Source: a virus (taxonomy: Duplodnaviria; Caudoviricetes). From it: a DNA stretch of 39,390 nt. The stretch is taken from positions 1 to 39,390 of the IMG/VR virus record IMGVR_UViG_3300020045_006008. One strand, written 5' to 3'. This document shows, one piece after another, positions 7,706-18,072 of this stretch (within the stretch, counting starts at the first letter, position 1; every line of letters begins with the position of its first letter). The position numbers and the translations under genes are program-made. Under the pieces are notes generated by a model. It was not told the DNA's origin, made no database searches, and was given only the letters and a program-made list of their open reading frames with translations.

Positions 7706-9826
7706 TTATTGTAAATTATCATACGCTTGTTGCTGGCTAGTCGATGTCAGTAAATCATCTACAGTCGACCCACCACTTACTAATGATGTATAGTCTTGCA
7801 ACTTAGCGCCTAATTGTTGTTTTATCATCTCTATCTTATTGATAGCCACTTCTTTAGTGTCAGAAGTTGTTGGAAGTATCTTCTTATACTTTTCTTCGTC
7901 CTCTTTACGCAGGACACCACCCTCAAGTGCTTTACCGACGATTTGTCGAGTTTTATCTATCATAGCAAGTAGGGTCTTTTGGTCTACGTCGTATGGGTTC
8001 ATGGACCTTAAAGTTCCTAATATAGGGTCAAGTGTACCTTTACCACTAGTGATTGCGCCCGTAAGATTATCTAACTCGTTAAGTGATGAATTGATGTCTG
8101 ATATTGAACCTGCTACTGCGCTGCTATATTTAGGTGTCGCTGCTGATGACTTAAACATATCGTACAGTGTCTTTATGGTCGCAATATTCTTGCCACCAGT
8201 TTTTTGTATGTCATCTAATAGCAGTGTTTGGATAACTTGTTGATTACCAAATATGTTGCTTAGCGGGCTAGCATCGGTCGCTGTTGTAGGCTCTGGCGTA
8301 GTCATTGGTATAGCTTCTGGTGTAACCGCAGCCTCTGGCGTGGCTGGTACTGACGCTGCCCCGATTGCTCGGTTCTTGATAGCGTTTAGTATGCCTGGTT
8401 GGTTAATAGATTCGATTATGTTTTTAAGACCTGTCGATTTAGCTCCGCTTAGTGCTGTACCGCCTTTAGCTAGACTACGACCCACAACGCCTTTAGCTGC
8501 TTGTATAGCTTCGCCACCTACCTTATTACCAAGTATATTTAAACCGCCTGGGTTGACAGCGCTTGGCTGCATAAGTTTAACAGCATCACCAGCTAGTGAA
8601 TACTTCCTATTTAGGTCGCCTAATCCCTCAACAGATGCGCCTAGTGCATCGCTTAAAGTATCTCGGATACTATGATAAATAGCATTGTTAGCAGATGTAG
8701 CGGCATCTGGGTTGGCCACCCAGTTAATCTTTCCGTCTATAATTTTTCTAAGTTCCCATATTTCTTTTGGCGTTGTGGCGGTGTTTAATTTGTCTAACAC
8801 TGATTTTACTGCCGGGTTGTCTATATCTATGAGTTCATCGGACAAGTTCTTAAGCATAGTCCCACCGACTTCTCGCCCACTTACCTCGGTAGCAGATTTT
8901 GTTATTTTGTCTGTTATCTGTTTACCTATGTCATCGGCATAATTCTGGGTTTTGACTAGTATTTTAGACGCACTCGCCAACTTACCAGGTTTGACATCAT
9001 CTATTATTAAATTACCAAGATCATCAATGTATTGAGGCTTTAAGATGCCTTTGCCAGCTATCTTAGCACCATTTTTAATTCCTATTACATCGCTAGCTAC
9101 GTTTTTGCCAGCAGACTCTAGTTTCGTTCCTACTTTACTAGCGCCTTTGCCTACTTTACCAAGTAGATTGCCGACAGCACTTGCGCCACCGCCCAGTACT
9201 GCTCCAGTCCCAACGCCAGATACACCAGCGCTCAAGACATCTTCAGCCGTAGCGCCTGCGCCTTTTTCCTTGAGTGGGCTTAAACCACCGTAAGCTCCAC
9301 CAAACACTGCACCCTCGCCAGCGCCCTTTGCAATGGTCTTGAGTATCCCAGTACCAGCAGCCTTAGCGCCAGTCTTAGCCAATGCACCTACTCCTAAACT
9401 ACCTAGTGTAAGAGCGACATCAGCAGCATTAGCAGCAGCCTTTGTGGGGTCGATTGATTGAATATCTTTAAATGCGCTTGACTTAGATATATTAGCGCCA
9501 CCCTTACTAATTGCGTTGGCCTGGGCCGTCATCGAGTCCAATTTTGCTTTTACATCTGGACGATCAAAGTCCTCTGGCTTAAGGGTACTTATGTACGCAC
9601 TACGTTGTTTATTAAACTTTGTAGCCATATCAGTGTTGCGGTTGAGTGCCGTACCAGCGCCAACACTTGCGGCAGATTGATAGAGATTCTTACCAGTTTC
9701 AATAAACGGAGAAACTATACCTTTTAGGAATCCAAGTACCCCACCAGTTGCAGGAGCGGCCTGTGGCGTTTGAGTACTTTGTTGACTAAGTTGTTGACGA
9801 TATGAATCAAGTAGTGGATTTGCCAT
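7706..9826 (-). CDS. Putative internal virion / DNA ejection protein
   Basis: ~706 aa, Gly/Ala-rich hydrophobic helices; last large gene of a podovirus-type structural block. Confidence 0.6.
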   Translation of the reverse strand: MANPLLDSYRQQLSQQSTQTPQAAPATGGVLGFLKGIVSPFIETGKNLYQSAASVGAGTALNRNTDMATKFNKQRSAYISTLKPEDFDRPDVKAKLDSMTAQANAISKGGANISKSSAFKDIQSIDPTKAAANAADVALTLGSLGVGALAKTGAKAAGTGILKTIAKGAGEGAVFGGAYGGLSPLKEKGAGATAEDVLSAGVSGVGTGAVLGGGASAVGNLLGKVGKGASKVGTKLESAGKNVASDVIGIKNGAKIAGKGILKPQYIDDLGNLIIDDVKPGKLASASKILVKTQNYADDIGKQITDKITKSATEVSGREVGGTMLKNLSDELIDIDNPAVKSVLDKLNTATTPKEIWELRKIIDGKINWVANPDAATSANNAIYHSIRDTLSDALGASVEGLGDLNRKYSLAGDAVKLMQPSAVNPGGLNILGNKVGGEAIQAAKGVVGRSLAKGGTALSGAKSTGLKNIIESINQPGILNAIKNRAIGAASVPATPEAAVTPEAIPMTTPEPTTATDASPLSNIFGNQQVIQTLLLDDIQKTGGKNIATIKTLYDMFKSSAATPKYSSAVAGSISDINSSLNELDNLTGAITSGKGTLDPILGTLRSMNPYDVDQKTLLAMIDKTRQIVGKALEGGVLRKEDEEKYKKILPTTSDTKEVAINKIEMIKQQLGAKLQDYTSLVSGGSTVDDLLTSTSQQQAYDNLQ

Positions 9827-9827
9827 T

Positions 9828-10607
9828 TTACTCTCCAAACTGTGATTTACGATATTTATATATTAGACCAGCGGCTAAAGTTAGGTTCTTTTGATTTATT
9901 CCACCCAAATACTTTGCAAGCTCCGGTATTGCAACCTTTTCAGTAAATCCTATGTCGGTTTTAGGGTTGTATCCGTTGAATATCCTAGATAATGCCTCTC
10001 CAGTGGTTTTAGGTGCAGTGGGGGCAATTTCACCACCTAACATACTAACTATGCTCGATAGGTCTAATCCAGTATTACCGGTGTTGCCAGTGTCGGAAAG
10101 CCGTGATTGTTCCACATTAAACTGTCTGATTTCTTCAGCATCTAGTAATTTTTGTCGTTCAGCAACAGCAGCACCTTGCTCTTGGGCATACATAGTGTCA
10201 TAGAGATTCTGTAGGTAGCTCTGGTTTGACTGTTGCCCTGTATAGGCTAAGTTGGCATTTTGAGCAGCTTGTGAGGCTAGTTGATTGTAATCAGTGGTCG
10301 CATTACCATATTGAGTACCGAGACGTGTTAGATTAGCAGATATAGGGGCTTGTTCATTGCCTATTTGACGTGTAGCTTGGGCATTAGTGACGAGTGAGTT
10401 AGCAGTTCGACCCATAACTGACGGGGCGACTTGCTCTAATAGTTTGGTAGTGTTGTCAATTGATGTCCTAAGACCCTTGACGGTGTTCCCAGCGGCATCA
10501 ACCCCCAAAGCAGCATTTTGCTCTTTTAATAGTGTGCTTGGGTCTTTGGCCGTTGCTTGATTCGCTTGTAGTTGAGATAAGGCTTGTTGACTTGATGTTG
10601 GTTGCAT
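9828..10607 (-). CDS. Putative internal virion / ejection protein (Gln/Ala-rich)
   Basis: Composition and position after the tail genes. Confidence 0.55.
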   Translation of the reverse strand: MQPTSSQQALSQLQANQATAKDPSTLLKEQNAALGVDAAGNTVKGLRTSIDNTTKLLEQVAPSVMGRTANSLVTNAQATRQIGNEQAPISANLTRLGTQYGNATTDYNQLASQAAQNANLAYTGQQSNQSYLQNLYDTMYAQEQGAAVAERQKLLDAEEIRQFNVEQSRLSDTGNTGNTGLDLSSIVSMLGGEIAPTAPKTTGEALSRIFNGYNPKTDIGFTEKVAIPELAKYLGGINQKNLTLAAGLIYKYRKSQFGE

Positions 10608-10623
10608 AATTATTCCTTATAAT

Positions 10624-10686
10624 AAAAATAGCCCTATGTGGGCTGTCCTCTGTCCTTATAATACATTTAAATTGTACAAATATCAA
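10624..10686 (-). promoter_or_regulatory. Late promoter plus conserved hairpin leader
   Basis: TTGATA-17-TATTAT-6-AGAGGACAGCCC ACATA GGGCTA TTTTT. Confidence 0.75.
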
Positions 10687-11148
10687 CTACTGCTGCAATA
10701 ACAAGGCACACGCAGTGTTAGTTATCATATTAGTCTGGCTAAAGTAGTAGCTGAAGTACTCAAATGACGCTTTGATATTATCACCGTTAAACTTGTCTGG
10801 GTATTTAGCCATTATTCTCGGCATACATTGTTTTATGAGTTCTACGCTGAAAAACTTAGGATTAGCATTCGTACCGCTAAAATAATCATCTGGGAAGTAC
10901 TGACTAATATAGTCATCTAGGCTTAACGCCTGTGCTGTCGGCTCTATGGTTGGGATTGGCGTAAGTATGATTGGCTCATCCACGATGACACTGGATGTGT
11001 CATCTATTATAGGTTCTATATCCTGGATAGTTTTAGCAATTGCAGGAACATTACTGACTGTGGTCTCGATGATTGGCTGTTGTAGTAATATGCTGACCGA
11101 CAGCAAAGAAGCCGTTATCCCTAGTATAGACACTGCAATGTATTTCAT
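10687..11148 (-). CDS. Moron-like exported or membrane-anchored protein
   Basis: N-terminal hydrophobic signal, Pro/Ile/Thr linker, own consensus promoter. Confidence 0.7.
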   Translation of the reverse strand: MKYIAVSILGITASLLSVSILLQQPIIETTVSNVPAIAKTIQDIEPIIDDTSSVIVDEPIILTPIPTIEPTAQALSLDDYISQYFPDDYFSGTNANPKFFSVELIKQCMPRIMAKYPDKFNGDNIKASFEYFSYYFSQTNMITNTACALLLQQ

Positions 11149-11183
11149 GATGTCATACTACCACCAAATGCCTTTTATGTCAA
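11149..11183 (-). promoter_or_regulatory. Sigma70 promoter predicted to give a leaderless mRNA
   Basis: TTGACA-17-TAGTAT-6-ATG; no SD. Confidence 0.7.
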
Positions 11184-11585
11184 TCAGAACGGGGCAACGT
11201 ATAGACTGGCGCTAAAGTCAAAAACTGTTGTTGGGATAATAATTGACCCAGCCGATAGGTTAGTAATTGTTACGTCGACATTAATATATCCACTAGTGAA
11301 ATACTTTTGACAGTATATTGAATAATTCGGAGCGGTTACATTTGGGAATAGAACAGATAGTCTACCAGATATAGGTCGCCACACCGTTTCTATGCCATTA
11401 AAGTTGACTATTAGCTGGCTGACAGCATCTGAGTTAGATATAGCATGAGAAACCGTAAAAGATGTAAACCCATTCACGAGTATGGTCTGTGAGTTAAATG
11501 TATAGTTAAACGTAGTTTTGGAATAATTACCCAAACCGCTAAACTGGCTTAAAAATATAGATTTATCTAAATTGATGTTAGTCAT
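11184..11585 (-). CDS. Putative minor tail protein
   Basis: Beta-rich S/T/N/V composition; in the tail operon. Confidence 0.55.
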   Translation of the reverse strand: MTNINLDKSIFLSQFSGLGNYSKTTFNYTFNSQTILVNGFTSFTVSHAISNSDAVSQLIVNFNGIETVWRPISGRLSVLFPNVTAPNYSIYCQKYFTSGYINVDVTITNLSAGSIIIPTTVFDFSASLYVAPF

Positions 11586-12288
11586 AATAAATCCTCATAT
11601 ACACTGCCCCAGCTATAGTTCCAGCGTACGGTGTGTTATCAATATTGACTAACACACTGCTAGTGCTTTCGGTCACATTGATACAGCCTATACCGTAATT
11701 GTCCATTGTACACAATTCGTACATACCAGTACCAAATCCGGGGTTACTACCCTCTATAAACGATCTAACCTTTGGTATAGCGCCAAGCGTATGGTTAAAA
11801 GTCAGAGTTCCCGTACTACCTGATGCGACTGATGCGTTTTGCGAAGTGTCCGATAGTATTTTTTGGTAATTAAGAGACGACTTAAAAAATGATATAGATC
11901 CAATTGGTTGAGGTGATATAGTCCCCTGACTAGGCTTAGCAATCAGAGCCACTTTATACGACACCGTATAAGCACTGTCTGAACCTGGGTTTATAAAACT
12001 ATGTGAGTTTATAGCTATTATCTTAAAAGTACCTGATTGCGAAAGACCAAAAACCTGTAATGGGAACTTATTATACCCAAAGTCGTTCCATGTAGTACCA
12101 CCATCAATCGAAAATATGCCTTGAAAAAACGTCGTATCTGCTATGTTAGTAGTAATAGATTCGGTCACTGTGGTCTTAGCCGGTGGAGTAGCCGATGGTT
12201 GAGTTGAAGTGAAGCTACCAGTGTATGTGCCTAATATTTTGTCCACCTCAAGTGAGGATAAAAAATTAGTTTTGGCTATATCTATCAT
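11578..12288 (-). CDS. Putative minor tail protein
   Basis: Beta-rich; FNHTLGAIPKV motif typical of fibre-associated domains. Confidence 0.55.
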   Translation of the reverse strand: MIDIAKTNFLSSLEVDKILGTYTGSFTSTQPSATPPAKTTVTESITTNIADTTFFQGIFSIDGGTTWNDFGYNKFPLQVFGLSQSGTFKIIAINSHSFINPGSDSAYTVSYKVALIAKPSQGTISPQPIGSISFFKSSLNYQKILSDTSQNASVASGSTGTLTFNHTLGAIPKVRSFIEGSNPGFGTGMYELCTMDNYGIGCINVTESTSSVLVNIDNTPYAGTIAGAVYMRIYYD

Positions 12289-12770
12289 GGGAACATATCT
12301 ACTACATCATATCCAGGGGCTGCGTTAGCAAATCCACCAGAACCATCGGGCAGTAGTCCATCTTGGGTTACGTTGTGGTAACTATCTGTAGGGTTATAAA
12401 CGTATTTAGTGCCATTGACTATCTTCATAACTAGGTTGCCACCACTGTCTAGTGAAAAAAACCCGAACTCTGTGGTACTTGGGATTAGACCTAGACCTAT
12501 AATCGATCCATCTGTATTTGTTACGGTGATGGCGTTGTTAGCGCCACTTATGGATATACTGTCACCAACGGATATTAAATTATTGCCACCATCTAGTAGG
12601 ATTGTGTCGCCGATCGTAATCACATTATTACTACCGTCAATCTTAGTATTGCCATAACCGACCGTCTGCGTCCCCCTTAAAGAACCTGTGGATAGTTGTC
12701 GTGGAAGTATGCGAGATATATCGCTTTGTGGTAGTATGGTAGATTTTCCAGTACCTGGTTTTATAATCAT
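12285..12770 (-). CDS. Putative tail needle/spike protein
   Basis: Repeated (I/L)(D/S)GxNNxI(T/S) beta-strand units; follows the nozzle gene. Confidence 0.5.
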   Translation of the reverse strand: MIIKPGTGKSTILPQSDISRILPRQLSTGSLRGTQTVGYGNTKIDGSNNVITIGDTILLDGGNNLISVGDSISISGANNAITVTNTDGSIIGLGLIPSTTEFGFFSLDSGGNLVMKIVNGTKYVYNPTDSYHNVTQDGLLPDGSGGFANAAPGYDVVDMFP

Positions 12771-14713
12771 TAGATTAGGCTTTCTGTATTTAGAGTATCG
12801 TAGACTAGAGTAGCACTGACAATAATCGGTGGATTGACCACTGTATTATCACAATAAACATCAACTCCTATCTGTATTTCATAGAACCTAGCCTCTTGGG
12901 TCGATGTGCCAATATCAAAGCGGGCAAAGTTAGTGATTTGGTCATACGTGAGTGCATTGCTAAAATGTTGTGAATATACCCATGCGCTACGATTAATCGA
13001 GTATTTGAGTATAAAGTAAACACCGCTATCAATATTTAGCCACTTAAGCATAACGTGTGAGGCTAGTTTTTCCTTAGTAGCGATGCCAGCGTCAAAAATA
13101 AGCGACTCGTAATATGAGTAAGCGGCTGGCTTTGAAGTCGAGTCGACTACATCAACGCCATAAACACCGTCAACGTACCAAGATATGTGTAAAATATCAC
13201 CAAAGTTCTTGACCATGCCAATCTTTAGCTGATTAACCTGTGTCCTATACTGAACGCCATGACTTAACATATATGAATATCCAAACGAGTTAGGCTGTGT
13301 GCTATCGACTGCGCCCCATGAGTAAACCCCACATCGGACGGCTGAGTTAGTTGTTGTGCCTGGCCAACCAATTAGATGTATGCCGTTCCTGACTGCTGAG
13401 CTGTGTGGATAGACTGTTGAAGCGACGGTATTTGAACCAGATGTACTCTCAGCCCCAGGCAACTTCCTTACTTTAGTTGGGGTGGCAGCCACTGATGTTA
13501 TTGCGTACCAATCGTCATTGGCGACGTACCAGACGGAGTTCTGGTATTCATGCAAGGACATTGGGCTACCCTCTGGTATTTTGGTGAAGTAGTTATATGT
13601 ATCCGACAAACCATCCCAATAGAATATAATACCGTCCTGTGGCGTGTTTACGCCGCTTGTGGTGCGTTCTGCTGCTATAACTAGGTATTCATTAAAGACT
13701 GATAGTCCACACACCTCGTAGCCCGATGGAAAGGTCAATTTGTGCCTCTGCCATGCCAAGTTAGACGGTGATGCCTCGCCTAGAGGCTCATAGACAGTTA
13801 AATAATGACCGTTCCCGATACACTCAAACTGTTGGAAGTTCACTATTGGGTGCTGACCGTTTTTAGTAATCATTAGTCTTTTAGCCCATAGTTCCATATC
13901 GCAACCAAGTAAGTCATTAGTAGCTAGAGATTGAACTGTACCATCAGCCACCGTAGAGGTAAGCTCGAAGTTATATGTCTGAGCGTTATTTGGGCCGACG
14001 CTAACATTTATAGGAGTGGCAAATGCAAATGAGTTCAGTTGTCCATTGGTGAGGTTAGCATTTAAGATTGTAACCGAACCTAAAACCGTCCCAATCCCGT
14101 CTTTAACGGCTAAAGTCCAGTTGCCAGTACCCTTTGCCACGACTTTGACACTTATAGAGCTTATAGGTGAAATGTCTGTCTGAAAGTATCTTTTGTCGTT
14201 TGTTCCAGCCGATACCTTGATCGCAGTAGTATTAGAACTGCCCGACTGGTTTGGGTTGACGTTGAACCCCATAGTAGCTGAGTTATCCCATATACAGTTT
14301 GAGTGATAATAATAGTCAGGGTCTAAAACGGGCGTACCCGATACATTGGAAATAAGACTCACGGTAGTTTGTGAAGTAATATATATGGAGTCTTGGTCAT
14401 CTCGGTAGTCTATTCCGTAGCAACCAGCACTAACAGTCCCAAATAAACTCCACGTGCCAGATACCACCTTATAAATGTTGCCAGAACTTCCAATTGCATA
14501 GATTGTACCGTCTCGCACCATAACTTCATCTTGGACTAAATCAGTAACCACCCCACCATCGGCTCGGCGTGTCGCAGGTAAAACGCTTATCTGAGATGGG
14601 CTTTTTCTAAAATCTAGAGCCTGAGAGTGTGCAAAAGAGTTAGAAGAGCCGACCTTATTATCAATAGCCTGCCCACCAGAGAAGTTTTGCTGTACAAAGG
14701 CATTTATACCCAT
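12770..14713 (-). CDS. Putative tail nozzle / tail tubular protein B-like
   Basis: 647 aa; N-terminal QQNFSGG motif; beta-propeller-like composition; follows the adaptor. Confidence 0.6.
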   Translation of the reverse strand: MGINAFVQQNFSGGQAIDNKVGSSNSFAHSQALDFRKSPSQISVLPATRRADGGVVTDLVQDEVMVRDGTIYAIGSSGNIYKVVSGTWSLFGTVSAGCYGIDYRDDQDSIYITSQTTVSLISNVSGTPVLDPDYYYHSNCIWDNSATMGFNVNPNQSGSSNTTAIKVSAGTNDKRYFQTDISPISSISVKVVAKGTGNWTLAVKDGIGTVLGSVTILNANLTNGQLNSFAFATPINVSVGPNNAQTYNFELTSTVADGTVQSLATNDLLGCDMELWAKRLMITKNGQHPIVNFQQFECIGNGHYLTVYEPLGEASPSNLAWQRHKLTFPSGYEVCGLSVFNEYLVIAAERTTSGVNTPQDGIIFYWDGLSDTYNYFTKIPEGSPMSLHEYQNSVWYVANDDWYAITSVAATPTKVRKLPGAESTSGSNTVASTVYPHSSAVRNGIHLIGWPGTTTNSAVRCGVYSWGAVDSTQPNSFGYSYMLSHGVQYRTQVNQLKIGMVKNFGDILHISWYVDGVYGVDVVDSTSKPAAYSYYESLIFDAGIATKEKLASHVMLKWLNIDSGVYFILKYSINRSAWVYSQHFSNALTYDQITNFARFDIGTSTQEARFYEIQIGVDVYCDNTVVNPPIIVSATLVYDTLNTESLI

Positions 14714-14715
14714 GA

Positions 14716-15624
14716 TTAAATCCCCGTTGGTGGAATCGGCGTTAAGAACCAGGCATTGACGAAGTTATCGCTATCAGTAATGACATTTCCAGCCGTACTC
14801 GATGAATAGGACACTTTGGCTTCTTCCACGGCTGTGTCATACATTTTTTTGTGTTCTACCGCCCTGGCCTCGTTCCCTTTACTAGAGAAGTAAAGCGACG
14901 CAGCGTAATGGACTAAAGAGTCGTGATATTGTCCAGGAAAGATAGGCAATTGACCAATTCTAAACGATAGCCCAGTATCGCTTATACCAGTAAATGCGCT
15001 CTTAAGCGTCAGTGTGGTTGTGAGTGGTGAGTCAACTATCTCATACCACTGGGTGTTAGTAACACCAGTTACTTGGAATCCTAAGCCTATCATCTGTTGA
15101 GTAAATACAGGCGCAGTACAGGTGATTAGTGGACTACCGTTGTTTGCAGTAACTGTTGCAGCCAGTGATGTGCTAGTAACATCATCAACTGATAGGTCGA
15201 AGTCGTCTTGTTGGTAGTAGAACCTAAGCCCATCGGTTACGTTCTGTGATGGAGTTGGCCAAAAAGCAATCTCGTCTTTACCTATCATAAAGTAGTAAGC
15301 AGGCCAGTTAGAACTGTACGGGTAAGAGGTTATTTGTCGCCACTCGAACTCGTTGCGTATCTCTTTTACTGGTATCTGATAAGTCGCAGATACGGCAATA
15401 ACACAACCTAAGATACGTAGGCAATCGACAGGCACTTGGTAAATCTGCTGTTGGGCGATCAAATCAGTAAATTGCTGTTTTCTTGACCAGTATCTTGAGA
15501 GTTCGTTATTAAATTGGTGATAGCCAGTATTTAAGTCCTGTTTTATCTGTTCAAGGGTGCTTGGGGTGGTATCACGAGTTATTCGTACCGTTTTATCTAC
15601 TAAATCCGTCCATGAGAGTGCCAT
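14716..15624 (-). CDS. Putative head-tail adaptor (tail tubular A / P22 gp4-like)
   Basis: N-terminal helices, YQVPVDC, IAFWPTP, FPGQYHDSLVHYAA motifs typical of adaptors. Confidence 0.65.
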   Translation of the reverse strand: MALSWTDLVDKTVRITRDTTPSTLEQIKQDLNTGYHQFNNELSRYWSRKQQFTDLIAQQQIYQVPVDCLRILGCVIAVSATYQIPVKEIRNEFEWRQITSYPYSSNWPAYYFMIGKDEIAFWPTPSQNVTDGLRFYYQQDDFDLSVDDVTSTSLAATVTANNGSPLITCTAPVFTQQMIGLGFQVTGVTNTQWYEIVDSPLTTTLTLKSAFTGISDTGLSFRIGQLPIFPGQYHDSLVHYAASLYFSSKGNEARAVEHKKMYDTAVEEAKVSYSSSTAGNVITDSDNFVNAWFLTPIPPTGI

Positions 15625-15626
15625 GA

Positions 15627-15785
15627 TTACTTCTTCTTTCCGTACATCTTTTTACCAATGTACTTTTTAAGTTCGCTAGATTGTTCCTTGTATTCGCTTT
15701 TAAGCTTAGCCTTGTCGCCACTCTTAAGAGTTTTGATTAAGTCTTTATGCTCTTTCACAAATGCTTTTTTAGACATAGTTATCAT
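15627..15785 (-). CDS. Small Lys-rich protein (52 aa, not in ORF track) ending YIGKKMYGKKK
   Basis: ATGA overlap with the upstream gene; MITMSKKAFVKEHKDLIKTLKSG...KKYIGKKMYGKKK. Confidence 0.7.
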   Translation of the reverse strand: MITMSKKAFVKEHKDLIKTLKSGDKAKLKSEYKEQSSELKKYIGKKMYGKKK

Positions 15786-17722
15786 AGACTTACCAACCTT
15801 ATATCCATATAGGTAACGGTTGAAGCACCAACCACGCTAACATCACCGGCAGAAACATCACCAAATATATACAAACCAACTGTTTTGCCAGCTGCAATAT
15901 ATATAGTGTCTGTAGCAGTTGAAGTAAACTCACCAACTGCCGTATTAATAGATGAACCATGCACCATATCAAACCCATCAACGTATAGTCTAACCTGTGG
16001 GTAGGCCATATTAGTACCAAATAATCCAGCAGATAGCGTAATTTGGTAATATCCAGCTACTGGAGTAGTGTAAAGTCCAGTAACAGTGCTGAAATTAGAG
16101 TTTAGGTCGTATGTTTCGGCGTTAAGAACTAATAATGCGGGTGTTGCGTCTGGTATGTTGGTGACGTTCCCATTTAAGTAAGCCCTGGCCATGTATGAAT
16201 TGGTTAATTGGGTCATTGAACCTGTAGCTAATAGTCTTTCGTTCCACGAACCCCAGACACTGTTTATCATACTCCTAAGGTAGGTAACGCCAGTGATATA
16301 ATTTGTAAAAGTCTGTATCCTATAGCCAGCTAGCCTCTGATGTATTGTTTGGGTAAAGTATCCGTCAGCCGTACCACCAGGGGCATTAGTGCAAGCATTA
16401 CCATAGGCAAATTGAATATTTTGATGTGGTACAGTGTCCAAATCAGCCCCAGTAAGTGGAAATGTCGGTGAACCTAGCTCTGAATAGCCACTTGTTTCGA
16501 CAGAGTTCAGTATAAATGTCATGAAAGCGTCGGCCATGACTTCCTGCCCTTTATCTGATAGGTGTATGTAGTCAATCGTTAAGCCGTTTATATCGTCGCC
16601 TGCATCTTGCATTTTACCGAATATCTTATAGTTATCGAAGAAAGCTATATCGCCATCTTCTCGGCATATCTGTGCCATTGCCGCATAAAAATTAGCGTAA
16701 GTTTGTGTCGGTGTGCCAGCGTCATCTTCCCAATCCATGCCAAAGATTATAGATGGTGTTTGGGTCACCTTAGACCTAATTGTGGCTATATGCCCCTTTA
16801 TACCAGCCACTATGGTGGCTATTGGTGAGTTATTGGCGTAGTCATTCCTACCCATTGAATAATAGACTAGAGCAGGTTGTATAGACGTTAAATCGTCGAA
16901 ACACTTATCTGTGGTGTTATATGCGCTTACATTAGCGCCAGAGTGTCCAGCTTCCCAGACCCTTACACCAGCAGCCTCATCGCCGTCATAAATCATTACA
17001 CCCTCGATATTCACCGATCCAGATACCCAATCAATAGTCAAGGTATTGTTATTTCTGTCGTTATATATCTGACCAGTTCCGACACTTACTCGCTTACCAA
17101 CTACTTCAGCCCCATTACAATTAACTGTAACTGGTGCATTAGCGTTTATATGATAAGAGAAAGACCCATATGCTGCCCCTTGCGTATAAACAATCTCTAA
17201 AGATGATGGAGTGCCAAATAACCCACCACCGAGCGTCATTACCATCGAACCTGCGCCAGTCATTGAAACTGCACGTTTTCCAAGACCAGCAATGTCTGTG
17301 GACTGGTTAGTTAATGCAGTAGCCGTACCAGATAACACAAATGATGGCCAACCAGCCAGGTAAACGGCAGGCATATATCCGAATCCACCCCTCACGCCGT
17401 CGGGTTGATTGTACTGCCTGTACTTAGCTATGAACTTCTGTATCCAAGTGTCATAAACAGATACAACCCCGATACCCTCGGTCTTTGAATCACCTATGAA
17501 CACAATGTCAACAGGATAAGTCGATTTGAGAGCCATTGCAGCCCTAAAACTCTTTAGATTAGACGAACCATATGTGTTAAGAACTCCAACATCAGAACCG
17601 AGTAAAGTGTTTCGATTAACTTTACCATAGTCGCCAGTGGAGTTTTGGTACATCAACATGTAGTCGTTTTGGTTGTCTATGGATATTACTGAGTCGTAAT
17701 CTATGATAGTTTTGTCGGCCAT
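15782..17722 (-). CDS. Tail spike/fibre with SGNH (GDSL) esterase domain and C-terminal C1q-like domain
   Basis: IGDSKTEG, AGHSG, GRND, DYIH blocks; NAETYD...YTTPVAGYY C1q signature. Confidence 0.8.
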   Translation of the reverse strand: MADKTIIDYDSVISIDNQNDYMLMYQNSTGDYGKVNRNTLLGSDVGVLNTYGSSNLKSFRAAMALKSTYPVDIVFIGDSKTEGIGVVSVYDTWIQKFIAKYRQYNQPDGVRGGFGYMPAVYLAGWPSFVLSGTATALTNQSTDIAGLGKRAVSMTGAGSMVMTLGGGLFGTPSSLEIVYTQGAAYGSFSYHINANAPVTVNCNGAEVVGKRVSVGTGQIYNDRNNNTLTIDWVSGSVNIEGVMIYDGDEAAGVRVWEAGHSGANVSAYNTTDKCFDDLTSIQPALVYYSMGRNDYANNSPIATIVAGIKGHIATIRSKVTQTPSIIFGMDWEDDAGTPTQTYANFYAAMAQICREDGDIAFFDNYKIFGKMQDAGDDINGLTIDYIHLSDKGQEVMADAFMTFILNSVETSGYSELGSPTFPLTGADLDTVPHQNIQFAYGNACTNAPGGTADGYFTQTIHQRLAGYRIQTFTNYITGVTYLRSMINSVWGSWNERLLATGSMTQLTNSYMARAYLNGNVTNIPDATPALLVLNAETYDLNSNFSTVTGLYTTPVAGYYQITLSAGLFGTNMAYPQVRLYVDGFDMVHGSSINTAVGEFTSTATDTIYIAAGKTVGLYIFGDVSAGDVSVVGASTVTYMDIRLVSL

Positions 17723-18006
17723 TATATTGAGTCGTCCTCTCTCCAGGTTGTTAGTGGGGTTATTCTCATATCAATACCAGTGTCTACAACGTAGTTGCCT
17801 AACATATCAACCAACTTGTTTCCAAGAGGGTCTGCGATGTTAAATACGCCAGTATTGTAAAACTCGAAGTTTCCACCAGTTTCACGCCACACGCTTGCTG
17901 GCTTAGCAGGTTCAAGTGATCCGACTTTTTTCCATACCGTTGCAGGCTTAGATGGGTCAAATGTTCCGTATTTGCTCCAAATTGTTACCGGTTTATTCTT
18001 TGACAT
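17722..18006 (-). CDS. Small fibre-associated protein with repeated Px(T/S)xW motifs
   Basis: KPVTIW, KPATVW, KPASVW, TPLTTW. Confidence 0.6.
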   Translation of the reverse strand: MSKNKPVTIWSKYGTFDPSKPATVWKKVGSLEPAKPASVWRETGGNFEFYNTGVFNIADPLGNKLVDMLGNYVVDTGIDMRITPLTTWREDDSI

Positions 18007-18071
18007 AAAATAAAACGCCTTAATGGGCGTTCCTCTAACCCAATTATAATAGTAAAGTATGTATTTTACAA
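18007..18071 (-). promoter_or_regulatory. Late promoter plus conserved hairpin leader abutting the ATG
   Basis: TTGTAA-17-TATAAT-6-AGAGGAACGCC CATTAA GGCGT TTTATTTT-ATG. Confidence 0.75.
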
Positions 18072-18072
18072 T

